Numbered from the stretch's first letter, positions 45,238 through 55,037 are shown. The stretch is 64,000 bases of DNA from Clostridia bacterium (GCA_017464565.1 JAFTZH010000008.1:441-64440), one strand, 5' to 3'. A program made the numbers and translations. Notes: a model not told the origin generated them from the sequence alone.

Positions 45238-47058
45238 TCAATTATCATCATCGAGTTTAAGCACTGCCATAAACGCTTCTGGAGAGACCTGAACCGAGCC
45301 GAGCTGGCGCATCTTTTTCTTACCCTCTTTCTGCTTTTCAAGCAGCTTTTTCTTACGGGTAATATCACCGCCGTAGCACTTTGCGAGAACGTCCTTACGC
45401 ATTGCCTTGACAGTTTCTCTTGCTATTATCTTTGACCCGATAGCCGCCTGTATCGGCACCTCAAAAAGCTGTCTCGGAATATTATCCTTCAGCTTCTCGG
45501 CGATCTTTCTGGCTCTGCCGTACGCCTTTTCTTCGTGAACGATAAAGGAAAGAGCGTCTACCTGCTCGCCGTTGAGCAGAAAATCGAGCTTGACGAGCTT
45601 ACTCGGAACGTATTCTCCAAGCTCATAGTCAAGCGATGCGTATCCGCGTGAACGGCTTTTAAGCGCATCGAAAAAGTCGTATATTATCTCGTTGAGCGGA
45701 AGATTGTAGTGAAGCTCCACACGTTGAGAATCTATATATTTCATGTCAAGGAAATTTCCTCGTCTGTCCTGACAAAGATCCATAAGCCCTCCGACGTATT
45801 CGGTGGGAGTAATTATACTTGCCTTGACGATAGGCTCGTAAGCGACCTCTATCTCATCGGCAGACGGATAGTTTGAGGGGTTGTCTATTCTCACCGCTTC
45901 CCCGCCCTTTTTCTTTATCTCGTATATTACCGAGGGGGCGGTGGTGATAAGATCGAGATTGAATTCCCTCTCAAGTCTTTCTTCAATTATCTCCATATGC
46001 AAAAGACCCAAAAATCCGCATCTGAATCCGAAGCCAAGAGCTATCGAGGTCTCGGGTTCAAATATAAGCGCGGCATCGTTGAGTTGAAGCTTTTCAAGCG
46101 CATCGCGAAGATCGCCGTATTTTGCTCCGTCAGCGGGATATATACCCGCATATACCATAGGCTGTACCGCCTTAAATCCGGGCATAGCCTCGCTTGCGGG
46201 GTTGTCTGCGAGAGTTACCGTATCTCCGACGCGCGTATCTCCGATATTTTTTATCGAGGCGGTAATATATCCGACCTCGCCCGCGCTCAGCACGTCGGCT
46301 TTCTTAAGCCCGAACGGAGCCATATATCCGACGTCAACGACGTCAAACTCCGCTCCCGTATTCATCAGCTTTATTCTGTCTCCGCTCTTAAGCGTACCGT
46401 CAATTATACGAACGTAAACGACGACGCCTAGATAGCTGTCGTAATACGAATCGAAAATCAACGCTTTAAGCGGCGCGTCGGTGTCTCCCGTCGGCGCGGG
46501 AATATTCGCAACGACAGCCTCAAGCACCTGCTCGATATTGAGTCCCGTTTTCGCGGATACCGCGGGACAGCCCTCTGCGGGTATTCCTATAACGTCCTCT
46601 ATCTCTCCCCTTACCTTGTCGGGATCGGCTGACGGAAGGTCTATTTTATTGATAACAGGAACTATCTCCAGGTCGGAATCCACCGCGAGATAGGCGTTAG
46701 CTAACGTCTGCGCCTCGATTCCCTGCGTTGCGTCAACCACGAGCAGCGCTCCGTCGCAGGCGTTGAGCGAGCGGGAAACCTCGTAGTTAAAGTCGACGTG
46801 TCCGGGGGTGTCTATAAGATTGAAAACGTAATTTTCTCCGTCATCCGCCGTATAATCAAGTCGGACGGCACGCGCTTTAATGGTAATACCGCGCTCTCTT
46901 TCAAGGTCCATATTGTCGAGTATCTGTTCTTCCATATCACGCTTTGCGACCGTCTGCGTTGCCTCAAGTATTCTGTCGGCAAGCGTGGATTTACCGTGGT
47001 CGATATGCGCTATGATGGAAAAATTTCTTATATTCTTTTGCTTTTCACTATTAGACAT
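45238..47058 (-). CDS. lepA: Elongation factor 4 (LepA)
   Basis: [32 protein letters not shown], 606 aa. Confidence 0.95.
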   Translation of the reverse strand: MSNSEKQKNIRNFSIIAHIDHGKSTLADRILEATQTVAKRDMEEQILDNMDLERERGITIKARAVRLDYTADDGENYVFNLIDTPGHVDFNYEVSRSLNACDGALLVVDATQGIEAQTLANAYLAVDSDLEIVPVINKIDLPSADPDKVRGEIEDVIGIPAEGCPAVSAKTGLNIEQVLEAVVANIPAPTGDTDAPLKALIFDSYYDSYLGVVVYVRIIDGTLKSGDRIKLMNTGAEFDVVDVGYMAPFGLKKADVLSAGEVGYITASIKNIGDTRVGDTVTLADNPASEAMPGFKAVQPMVYAGIYPADGAKYGDLRDALEKLQLNDAALIFEPETSIALGFGFRCGFLGLLHMEIIEERLEREFNLDLITTAPSVIYEIKKKGGEAVRIDNPSNYPSADEIEVAYEPIVKASIITPTEYVGGLMDLCQDRRGNFLDMKYIDSQRVELHYNLPLNEIIYDFFDALKSRSRGYASLDYELGEYVPSKLVKLDFLLNGEQVDALSFIVHEEKAYGRARKIAEKLKDNIPRQLFEVPIQAAIGSKIIARETVKAMRKDVLAKCYGGDITRKKKLLEKQKEGKKKMRQLGSVQVSPEAFMAVLKLDDDN

Positions 47059-47301
47059 CAGTTTGCTCCGTATTTACAGTATACAAATATTATATAATAT
47101 CTTGCGATTTTTCTCAATAGGATTTTCAAATTTTTTCTTCAATAACTTTTTGTGCGTACAAAATATTCTTCGTATATTCTTTTTGGGCAATATTTGTCTT
47201 TTATTTTAGCTATAATGACTTGAATTGTCTTGCTATATGTCTTATAATATCGATATAAAGCTTAATAAAAAGGAGATTCCGCCGCAGGCGGATATAATAC
47301 T

Positions 47302-48363
47302 ATGAGCAAAACAAACGCGGCTATAATAGGATATGGGGGTATGGGAAGCTGGCACGGGAAATATCTCTTGGCTAGCGACGTCGCAAACCTCTGCGGAATA
47401 TACGATATAAAAGAAGAAAGAAGAAAGCTTGCGCAGGAAAACGGAATCCGCGCCTACTCGTCTCTTGAAGAGCTTTTGGGGGACGAAAGCGTTGAGATAG
47501 TAACGATAGCCGTTCCAAACGACAGGCACAAGCCCTTGGCGATAAAGGCGATGGAGGCGGGAAAGCACGTTATATGCGAAAAGCCCGTTACTCTCTCAAG
47601 CGCCGACCTTAAGGAAATATTCGACGCGTCCGAAAGATGCGGAAGACTATTTACCACGCACCAGAACAGACGCTGGGACTGCGACTATCTTATGATGAAA
47701 GAGGCTTACGCCTCGGGCAAGCTCGGCAAGGTATTCGGCGTAGAATCGAGATATCAAGGCTCCCGCGGAATACCCGGAGACTGGAGAGGGCGCAAGGAAT
47801 ACGGCGGAGGAATGATGCTCGACTGGGGCGTTCACCTTATAGACCAGATGCTCGGCATAGTATACGATAAAAAGGTAGAGTCGCTGTACTGCCGCTTCGA
47901 CCATCTGACCAACGACGAGGTGGACGACGGATTTAAGCTTGATTTGTATTTTGAAGGCGGTCTAACCGCAAGGATAGAGGTAGGCACCTCGCACTTTCTG
48001 TCCCTTCCCCGTTTCTTTATGGCGGGAACGTCGGGAACGGCTATGGTAAACGATTGGCGCGACAGATGCAGACTCGTTTGCTGTGATAAATGGGAAGAAA
48101 AAGACGTAAAACCCGTAGTAACCGCCGCGGGACTTACGAAAACTATGGCTCCGAGAGACGAAAAGACCACGACCGAGAGCTTTATCGAAAGACCCGCGTC
48201 CGACGTTCACGATTTCTACCGCAATTTCTGCGCGGCTGTAAGAGGCGAAGCGGAAATGACGGTAACTCACGCTCAGCTTATGCGGGTTATGAAGATAATG
48301 GAAGCGTCCTTCCTATCCGATGAAAAACGTGAGCCGGTCAAAGTAGAAGATTGTATTTATTAG
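47302..48363 (+). CDS. Gfo/Idh/MocA family oxidoreductase
   Basis: N-terminal Rossmann segment AAIIGYGGMGSWH and the EKP motif (VICEKPV). 353 aa. Confidence 0.85.
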   Translation: MSKTNAAIIGYGGMGSWHGKYLLASDVANLCGIYDIKEERRKLAQENGIRAYSSLEELLGDESVEIVTIAVPNDRHKPLAIKAMEAGKHVICEKPVTLSSADLKEIFDASERCGRLFTTHQNRRWDCDYLMMKEAYASGKLGKVFGVESRYQGSRGIPGDWRGRKEYGGGMMLDWGVHLIDQMLGIVYDKKVESLYCRFDHLTNDEVDDGFKLDLYFEGGLTARIEVGTSHFLSLPRFFMAGTSGTAMVNDWRDRCRLVCCDKWEEKDVKPVVTAAGLTKTMAPRDEKTTTESFIERPASDVHDFYRNFCAAVRGEAEMTVTHAQLMRVMKIMEASFLSDEKREPVKVEDCIY

Positions 48364-48440
48364 GCACAAAAAGCCGAATCCCCTCATAATATGATATCGA
48401 AGGGCAATAGTCCTTTAAGCTTTGAAGGGAGGATCCCAGA

Positions 48441-48530
48441 ATGAATAACTGCTTGTGCAATCTCTTTGATGATAACTGCATCTGGATAATAATCATCGCG
48501 CTCATTCTCATTTTCTGCTGCAACGGCTGA
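48441..48530 (+). CDS. Candidate 29-aa Cys-rich hydrophobic micropeptide
   Basis: Below the ORF-track cutoff. RBS GGGAGGA 7 nt upstream of the ATG. Translation MNNCLCNLFDDNCIWIIIIALILIFCCNG. Followed by a strong terminator at 48566-48598. Confidence 0.45.
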   Translation: MNNCLCNLFDDNCIWIIIIALILIFCCNG

Positions 48531-48565
48531 TAACGAACGGTTCTGTCAACCTAAATGTTGAAACA

Positions 48566-48598
48566 AAAAGCCCCGCAGGTCTACCTGCGGGGCTTTTT
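48566..48598. terminator. Bidirectional terminator
   Basis: AAAAAGCCCCGCAGGT-CTAC-CTGCGGGGCTTTTT. Confidence 0.85.
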
Positions 48599-48605
48599 AT
48601 GTTTT

Positions 48606-49955
48606 TTATTCTTTTACCACTCTGCAGCGCTCTATACCGTAATACTTAAAGCACTCTATCGCGGCTGAATCTATTCTCTCGCCGCAAACGATGATCGGTA
48701 TCGCAGGCGGGCAAGATATATGCGCGTCTGCAAGCACCCTTCCATCGCACTCATCCACGTCAAGCTCGACAGAGGGAGAAAGCATCGCCGCTCCGATAGG
48801 TAATATCCTCCGCGCGACTGCGGGCACGGGAGGCAACTCCGATATTGCTTCTCTTCTCTCAAGTGAGAAAAGAGCGTTCTTTATGCGCTCAAGCTCAACA
48901 TCGTCACATTCGGGCGTGGGCATCATAACGAGATAATCTTTATCTGAAAACTCGCAAACTATACCCTTATCAATGAGAAGCTGTGCAAGAGCAGTCCCCG
49001 TATATCCGTATGATTTTGGCATAATACAGAGCTTCATCGGCTCGTCACCTACAAAAGAGAATCCGCGTTCAATAAGCTCTGATTTTAGTTTTTCGAATTT
49101 TACTATAAATTTTGAAAGCTTTTTAGGATAGCCCTCTGCAAGATATTTATTCAAAACGTCAAGCGACTGCAAAATAAGATATGAGGGACTTGTTGAAGCG
49201 AACACCGACATAGCAGACGCGGCAGACTCACCGAAAAAGCGCGGCGCGCTATGGGACACGTGCAGATACGCCGCTCCCGTCAGCGCGGGTAGAGTCTTAT
49301 GAGCCGAATCACAACAGATATCCGCCCCGAGAGATATCGGGTGTCTGTCATCATTCAAAAATTTCAAATACGCGCCGTGGGCGTTATCTACCATAAGCAG
49401 AACGCCGTATTTGCGGCACACCTTGGCTATCGCAGATACGTCAGCAACGTTTCCGAGATAGTCGGGACTCGTTATATAAACGGCAACAGGCGTGTCCGCC
49501 ATAACCGAGAGCCTTTCATCAAGCGTCCTTGCGTCTATATTGCAGGAGAGCAAGGATGTGCTTTGAGTTGGATATAGCCAATCAACGTCTATATCAAGTA
49601 CTCCCGCGGCGTACATAAAGGACTTATGAGCATTCCTCGCGGCGAGTATATACGAGCGTTTTCCAATACTTTTCGCATAACGGCTGACAAGATAAAGCAT
49701 TGCTCTGATACATAAAGATGATCCCTCTGTCGAATAGAGCGTCCTCTCCGTACCGAAAAGCTGACTTGCGTTTTTCCGGCTTTGTTCTATTATACCGTTT
49801 GCCGAATAGAGTGTATCGGCGCCCTCTATCTCGGTTATATCAAATCTTTCAATACCGAGCATATCGATACCTTTATGCCCCGGCATATGCATACGCAGTG
49901 AATCGGAACTTGCGTACTTCCTCACAAAATCATAGATTGGAGTGTTCATCATCAC
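48606..49955 (-). CDS. PLP-dependent Orn/Lys/Arg decarboxylase-family enzyme (aminotransferase class I/II fold)
   Basis: LRMHMPGHKG N-terminus typical of the OKR_DC_1 family. PLP lysine context DSAHKTLP. 449 aa. The start overlaps the maturase stop (ATGA). Confidence 0.8.
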   Translation of the reverse strand: MMMNTPIYDFVRKYASSDSLRMHMPGHKGIDMLGIERFDITEIEGADTLYSANGIIEQSRKNASQLFGTERTLYSTEGSSLCIRAMLYLVSRYAKSIGKRSYILAARNAHKSFMYAAGVLDIDVDWLYPTQSTSLLSCNIDARTLDERLSVMADTPVAVYITSPDYLGNVADVSAIAKVCRKYGVLLMVDNAHGAYLKFLNDDRHPISLGADICCDSAHKTLPALTGAAYLHVSHSAPRFFGESAASAMSVFASTSPSYLILQSLDVLNKYLAEGYPKKLSKFIVKFEKLKSELIERGFSFVGDEPMKLCIMPKSYGYTGTALAQLLIDKGIVCEFSDKDYLVMMPTPECDDVELERIKNALFSLERREAISELPPVPAVARRILPIGAAMLSPSVELDVDECDGRVLADAHISCPPAIPIIVCGERIDSAAIECFKYYGIERCRVVKE

Positions 49956-51334
49956 TCACACTCCGTAAGCTTCGCCGCCTCTATCATAATAGCGCATTCC
50001 ATTCTTTTTTTGAAAAGCTCGCAGCCGTATTTATATACTCCGCTGACCGAACCCGTCGCGTGATATGCGTTTGCGGCACAGCCGCCCGAGCAGTAAAGCT
50101 TTGCCCAACAATCCTTACATTCGGGACGTGTATATACGTTACAAGCGGCAAACTCGGCTTGCGCTTCCTTATTGCTCACGCCGCGCCAAACGTCTCCGAG
50201 CTTGAATTTCTCGTCTCCGACAAACTGGTGACAGGGGTAAAGATCTCCCCAAGGCGTTACCGCCATATACTCGGTTCCCGAGCCGCAGCCCGATATACGC
50301 TTATATATACAAGGTCCGCCCGTAAGGTCTATCATATAATGGTAGAACGTAAACGGATCTCCCTTTCTGTGACGCTCAAGCATAAGCTCCGCAAGCTTTT
50401 CGTACTGTTCGAGAACTATTGGCAGATCCTCTTTTGTAAGCGCCGTGGGGTCATCCTCAGGTCCCACAACCGGCTCCATACTCAATTCCTTGAAGCCGAG
50501 GCCGAGCATTACCTCTATATCCTTAAGAAAATCGGGATTCGCGTGTGTGAAAGTGCCGCGCATATAATAGTTTTTGCCGCCGCGAGCCTCGACGAGCTTC
50601 TGGAATTTGGGAACTATCTTCTCCCAACTGCCATTACCCGCATAGTCAACGCGGTATCTGTCGTGTACTTCTTTTCTTCCGTCGAGGCTGAGCACGACGT
50701 TGCTCATTTCACGATTGGCAAAATCTATAACGTCATCATCTATAAGCACACCGTTCGTAGTAAGAGTGAAGCGGAAATTTTTCCCCGCATCCTTCTCTAT
50801 CTTTCGCGCGTATGCCACAAGATCCTTTACTACCTCAAAGTTCATAAGCGGCTCTCCGCCAAAAAAGTCGACCTCAAGATTTCGTCTGCCCTTTGAATTG
50901 GCAACGAGAAAATCAAGCGCCTGCTTTCCGACCTCAAAGCTCATAATAGCTCGCTCACCATTATATTTCCCTTGACTCGCGAAGCAATACGAGCAGTTAA
51001 GATTGCAGGTGTGCGCTATATGTAAGCAAAGCGCCTTAACGACACCTGCGCTTCTCTCCTTAAACTTGCCGGCAAGCTCCTCAACTGTATCCTCGGTAAA
51101 GAGCTTACCCGCAGCTTTCAGCTCCTCTATCTGCTCAAAGCAGTCGTCTATATCCTCGGGGGACACTCCGTCGGTAGATTTATATTTATTCAGTATCTCG
51201 GCCTTTATCTCCTCGCGGTCACGGCTCTCGTACATCTCTATTACGTCGTACGCCACCTCGTCCACCACGTGAACCGAGCCCGAATATATGTCAAGGACGA
51301 TATTGAGTCCCCCGAGCTTATAACAATGTATCAT
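49952..51334 (-). CDS. scfB: Radical SAM/SPASM thioether-forming SCIFF peptide maturase
   Basis: CNLNCSYCFA radical SAM motif. C-terminal Cys-rich SPASM region (CGSGTEY...CHQF...CKDCWAKLYCSGGCAANA). 460 aa. Lies directly downstream of a SCIFF peptide gene. Confidence 0.85.
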   Translation of the reverse strand: MIHCYKLGGLNIVLDIYSGSVHVVDEVAYDVIEMYESRDREEIKAEILNKYKSTDGVSPEDIDDCFEQIEELKAAGKLFTEDTVEELAGKFKERSAGVVKALCLHIAHTCNLNCSYCFASQGKYNGERAIMSFEVGKQALDFLVANSKGRRNLEVDFFGGEPLMNFEVVKDLVAYARKIEKDAGKNFRFTLTTNGVLIDDDVIDFANREMSNVVLSLDGRKEVHDRYRVDYAGNGSWEKIVPKFQKLVEARGGKNYYMRGTFTHANPDFLKDIEVMLGLGFKELSMEPVVGPEDDPTALTKEDLPIVLEQYEKLAELMLERHRKGDPFTFYHYMIDLTGGPCIYKRISGCGSGTEYMAVTPWGDLYPCHQFVGDEKFKLGDVWRGVSNKEAQAEFAACNVYTRPECKDCWAKLYCSGGCAANAYHATGSVSGVYKYGCELFKKRMECAIMIEAAKLTECE

Positions 51335-51364
51335 CTACGTTCCTCACTTTATAACATAACTACC

Positions 51365-51410
51365 GAAAATACTGTTATCTTCCCCAAACGGAGTCAATAA
51401 CAGTATTTTC
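51365..51410 (-). promoter_or_regulatory. Intercistronic stem-loop between the SCIFF peptide and maturase genes
   Basis: Perfect 14-bp stem GAAAATACTGTTAT/ATAACAGTATTTTC with an 18-nt loop. No U-tract follows it on the transcribed strand. Confidence 0.6.
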
Positions 51411-51443
51411 CTTGTTTATATAGTTTTTTCTTTGCGGCAGAAA

Positions 51444-51590
51444 TTATCTCTCTGTCTTCTCGCACTGCTGGTTAGCAATTCCGCAACTGGTCTTGCAGGC
51501 AGACTGACAAGACGTCTGGCACTCGCTGCAACCGCCGTTTTTAGCGCTTGCGCAAAGGTTCTTTGTTTCCAAAGTCTTAATATGTTTCAT
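51444..51590 (-). CDS. scfA: SCIFF (six-cysteines-in-forty-five) ribosomal peptide precursor
   Basis: Below the ORF-track cutoff. Reverse-strand ATG at 51590 with RBS GGAGGGTG. Translation MKHIKTLETKNLCASAKNGGCSECQTSCQSACKTSCGIANQQCEKTER. The GGCxECQTSCQSACKTSC core matches the SCIFF family as I remember it. Confidence 0.85.
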   Translation of the reverse strand: MKHIKTLETKNLCASAKNGGCSECQTSCQSACKTSCGIANQQCEKTER

Positions 51591-51701
51591 AATATCACCC
51601 TCCAATATATTTTTTACTCTTATGATTATAACATATACTTACAGATAAGTCAAGCGACATACGATATTTTTTGAATTTTGTGTCACTTTTTGAGCAATGG
51701 C

Positions 51702-52208
51702 TTATTTGCTTATAACATTTATCGTCTCTATAACGACGGGCTCCTTCGGAACGTCCTGCATATACCAGCCGTAGCTTCCCGTCTTTACCGACGCAATAGC
51801 GTCAAGCACGTCAAAACCGTCGGTAAGCTTTCCAAAGCCCGCGTACTGCGCGTCAAGATGAGGCGCGTCCATATGCATTACGAAAAACTGCGAGGACGCC
51901 GAATCGGGATCGGAGGTACGAGCCATAGAAAGCACTCCTCGGGTATGCTTAAGGTCGTTGCCCATAAAGCCGTTCGCCTTGAATTCTCCCTTTATCGAAT
52001 CGGTCTCCTTATTCTCCATAGCCTCGTTATAGCCGCCGCCCTGTATCATAAAGCCCTTTATGACTCTATGGAATATCAGTCCGTCAAAAAAGCCTTCCTC
52101 GGCAAGCTTGACGAAATTGGCAACCGTTTTGGGCGCCTTTTCGGGATAAAGCTCGGCGGTCATCGTGCCGAGATTTTTAACTTTGATTTCAATTATCGGA
52201 TTGTTCAT
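51702..52208 (-). CDS. ppiB: Peptidyl-prolyl cis-trans isomerase, cyclophilin type
   Basis: FHRVIKGFMIQGGG...SMAR...SQFF. Confidence 0.9.
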   Translation of the reverse strand: MNNPIIEIKVKNLGTMTAELYPEKAPKTVANFVKLAEEGFFDGLIFHRVIKGFMIQGGGYNEAMENKETDSIKGEFKANGFMGNDLKHTRGVLSMARTSDPDSASSQFFVMHMDAPHLDAQYAGFGKLTDGFDVLDAIASVKTGSYGWYMQDVPKEPVVIETINVISK

Positions 52209-52605
52209 TTTCTTCTCCTTCGCTTATATTTATTTTATACGCAAGAGCGAAAAGCTCTTTTATTCTGCCGCTCTTTCCTTCAAGATGAAGATATCCGAAA
52301 AGGGCTTCCATTCCCGTCGCCGCGCGGTACTCCGCAAAGGTAGCCGATTTGGGCGTGGAGGTATGCCCTATATTTCTTCCTCTTTTAAAAACCGACTCTT
52401 CATCCTCGGTAAGTATCGGAAGTATGTTTTTCATCGCCTCCGCCTGCTTTGGTGCCCTCACGAAATCAAGCGCCGCCGAGTTGAGCTTTGCGGATCTGGA
52501 ATAACCAAGCTCGACGAGATATTCCCTGACGCACATTTCAAGCACGCAGTCTCCGAGATAAGCGAGAGCCTGACAGGATACGCTCTTCAATTTATTCCGC
52601 TCCAT
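52189..52605 (-). CDS. mrnC: Mini-ribonuclease 3
   Basis: LAYLGDCVLEMCVREYL and RGRN motifs. 138 aa. Confidence 0.85.
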   Translation of the reverse strand: MERNKLKSVSCQALAYLGDCVLEMCVREYLVELGYSRSAKLNSAALDFVRAPKQAEAMKNILPILTEDEESVFKRGRNIGHTSTPKSATFAEYRAATGMEALFGYLHLEGKSGRIKELFALAYKINISEGEENEQSDN

Positions 52606-52615
52606 TACGCTCCTC

Positions 52616-53386
52616 CTAAAATTTAACTCTGCTGACGCTCTTCACTCTTTTGGAAACAGGGTCAAGCTCGAATATCGCCCCGCAAGCCTTTATCTCGCCG
52701 TCGGCAACCGTAAAGCGAGCGGGCATTTTGGTTCTCATTTTTTCTATAACCGTGGCGGCGTCGGTACCAAGCACCCCGTTTACGGGACCGCTCATACCGA
52801 GGTCGGTAATATATCCGCTTCCTCTCGGCAGTATCTGTTCGTCCGCCGTCGTAACGTGAGTATGCGTTCCGAAAATAATATTTATTCTTCCGTCAAAATA
52901 TCGCGCGAGAGCTATCTTTTCCGAGGTCGATTCGGCGTGGATATCGAGAATTGAAATATCGTAATTTCCCTTCTCCGCGTCAAGAACATTCTCAACCGTA
53001 GCGAACGGACACGCCATAGCCTCCATAAAAACCGTTCCAAGCACGTTTATACATAATATTCTGTATCCGAGTGTTTCGGTAATTATATGCCCTGCTCCGG
53101 GAACTAACGGAGGATAATTTGCGGGACGGATAATTTTGGCGTCTGTGCTGAGAAGCTCGCAGATATCCCGTCTGCCGTAAGTGTGATTTCCGAGCGTTAT
53201 AACGTCAACTCCCGCTTCAAGCACGTCAAGAGCTTCCTTTGAGGAAACTCCGTGTATCTCGGTAGCGTTTTCGGCGTTCGCCACGACGAAATCAATGCCA
53301 AGCTCGTTTTTAACTCTGAAAAGTCTGTCGGAAAGATAGTCAACGCTTCTCGTTCCGACGATATCGCCTATTGCAAGTATTTTCAT
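52616..53386 (-). CDS. ymdB: YmdB-family metallophosphoesterase (TIGR00282 type)
   Basis: MKILAIGDIVG, NAEN, GNH, HAE and GTHTHV metallophosphoesterase motifs. 256 aa. Confidence 0.85.
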   Translation of the reverse strand: MKILAIGDIVGTRSVDYLSDRLFRVKNELGIDFVVANAENATEIHGVSSKEALDVLEAGVDVITLGNHTYGRRDICELLSTDAKIIRPANYPPLVPGAGHIITETLGYRILCINVLGTVFMEAMACPFATVENVLDAEKGNYDISILDIHAESTSEKIALARYFDGRINIIFGTHTHVTTADEQILPRGSGYITDLGMSGPVNGVLGTDAATVIEKMRTKMPARFTVADGEIKACGAIFELDPVSKRVKSVSRVKF

Positions 53387-53504
53387 TTTTTATCTTTCTA
53401 TTGCCGTTTGCAGATTACCTCGGTATCCGACAAAATACCTTTTTTATTATATCACAAAAGACTGCCAAAGTCAATTATAAAGTTAGTTTGTCTTGATTTA
53501 TTTA

Positions 53505-53534
53505 GGGGAGAAACTTTTGCAAAAGTTTCTCCCC
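53505..53534. repeat. Copy E of the GC-clamped TTGCAA hairpin, identical to the hairpin at 38907-38936
   Basis: GGGGAGAAACTTTTGCAAAAGTTTCTCCCC is 30/30 identical to 38907-38936. Its flank CGTATAAAAAACAAAAC resembles CATAAAACAAACACAAAAC at 39172-39190. Confidence 0.8.
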
Positions 53535-53636
53535 CGTATAAAAAACAAAACAGGGATAAAATTTCTTTAAAATGAATAAAGCAGTTTATTATGGTAAAAA
53601 TACTATCAGTAAATAACTCAAAAGGAGCCAAGTAAA

Positions 53637-54386
53637 ATGTCTGAAAAACAGCAAAATTCAAGCTTACGAGAAAAACTGAAAAATACAAAGGTAAACCGTG
53701 CCGCAGTGCTCACGGCAATAGTTCTTATTGCGGCTTTGGCAGTTATAATCTCTATAACCGTAGCCACTAACCGCGCGAAAAAGAACGAAGTCCCCACTCC
53801 TGCGGACACCACGAAAAGCACTACCGTAAAAGAAGAACCCCAAAAAGAACCCGACGCTCCCTCTACCGACGCGCCCGCGAGCACTACCGCTCCCTCAAAC
53901 AACGGCTCGGCTCAGGTTGAAGACAAGATTCCTTCCTTGATTCTGCCCGTAAACGGAGCGCTTTCCAAAGGACACGACGCAAGCCTTCAGGTCTATTCAA
54001 ACACTATGAGAGATTACAGAGTGCACCTCGGTCTTGATATAGTTACCGAGGCTGACGCACCCGTATACGCCGCGGCTGACGGAAAGGTATCTAAAATCTG
54101 GGAGGACGTCCTTATGGGATACTGCGTGGCTATCGAGCACAGCGGAGATTGCTATACCATTTATAAAAACCTCTCCGAAACTCTTCCCGAGGGAATAGTT
54201 GAAGGAGCGTCCGTAAGATCGGGACAGCTCATAGGCTCGGTTGGAGAGAGTGCTATGATAGAGGTAGGCGAGGAGCCTCACCTGCACTTTGAGATGACGG
54301 TTGCCGACCTTGCGGTAGACCCGATTGAGTATTTTGATGAAAAATCGCTCGAATCCTTGAAAATAGACGCCTCGCACGGTGAATAA
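53637..54386 (+). CDS. M23 family metallopeptidase (LytM domain) with an N-terminal membrane anchor
   Basis: RBS AAAGGAG. TM AAVLTAIVLIAALAVIISI. HLGLDI and PHLHFEM zinc-binding motifs. Confidence 0.85.
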   Translation: MSEKQQNSSLREKLKNTKVNRAAVLTAIVLIAALAVIISITVATNRAKKNEVPTPADTTKSTTVKEEPQKEPDAPSTDAPASTTAPSNNGSAQVEDKIPSLILPVNGALSKGHDASLQVYSNTMRDYRVHLGLDIVTEADAPVYAAADGKVSKIWEDVLMGYCVAIEHSGDCYTIYKNLSETLPEGIVEGASVRSGQLIGSVGESAMIEVGEEPHLHFEMTVADLAVDPIEYFDEKSLESLKIDASHGE

Positions 54387-54422
54387 AAGCAGGCGGAAGG
54401 TATAGCGTAATATTCTTAACGA

Positions 54423-54469
54423 AAAAAAGTAACGGACAGGTAGTTTCAACTACCCGTCCGTTACTTTTT
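54423..54469. terminator. Bidirectional terminator
   Basis: AAAAAAGTAACGGACAGGTAG-TTTCAA-CTACCCGTCCGTTACTTTTT. Confidence 0.8.
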
Positions 54470-54512
54470 GGTTTTGGTCAGTGCCCGTTGCACATTTGCG
54501 TCTTTTTCGTTA

Positions 54513-55037
54513 TTAGTCTGCGGAGGGCATTACGTAATCGCAAATTACAGTGATCGCGTCTTCATTGTATACCCTTGTGTATTTCTCTCCGTCTACCGAG
54601 CCCGTATAGTATCTGCAAAGCTCTATCCACTGCTCGGAAGTTCCACAATAGTTTATCGTCGTTGTCGCAACGGCGGAGCCGGATAAGGCATAATCGCCAA
54701 TGTGAGTAACGTTCTTTCCAATAGTGATGCTTACCAATTCGTTGAGGTTGCCGGTAAAAGCGTATTCCTCAATCTCGGTAATCGAATCGGGGAACACGAG
54801 ACTGGTCATTCTCGGCTTATCTTCAATGGAATTTTTACCGATTTTCGTTACGGGAAGATCGTTGTAGGTTTCGGGAACGACGACGTCGCCTATGGCGTTC
54901 TCCATTCCTACCAATTTGTAGGATTTGCCGTCCTCGTTCAATTCAAACTCAAATTTCGGGCTGCCGCAGGAAGCGAGCGAAAGAACGGATGAGACCAGCA
55001 GAACACACAGCAGAAGCGAAGAAATGATTTTTTTCAT
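54513..55037 (-). CDS. Lipoprotein with BspA-type leucine-rich repeat segment
   Basis: Lipobox LSLASC. ...IGKNSIEDKPRMTSLVFPDSITEIEEYAFTGN.NELVSITIGKNVTHIGDYALSG is an LRR_5-like pattern. Confidence 0.6.
   Translation of the reverse strand: MKKIISSLLLCVLLVSSVLSLASCGSPKFEFELNEDGKSYKLVGMENAIGDVVVPETYNDLPVTKIGKNSIEDKPRMTSLVFPDSITEIEEYAFTGNLNELVSITIGKNVTHIGDYALSGSAVATTTINYCGTSEQWIELCRYYTGSVDGEKYTRVYNEDAITVICDYVMPSAD

Noticed and set aside
49718-50896. A 392-aa plus-strand ORF spanning the decarboxylase/maturase junction.
   Set aside because: It is antisense to two well-supported genes and looks like a shadow ORF.
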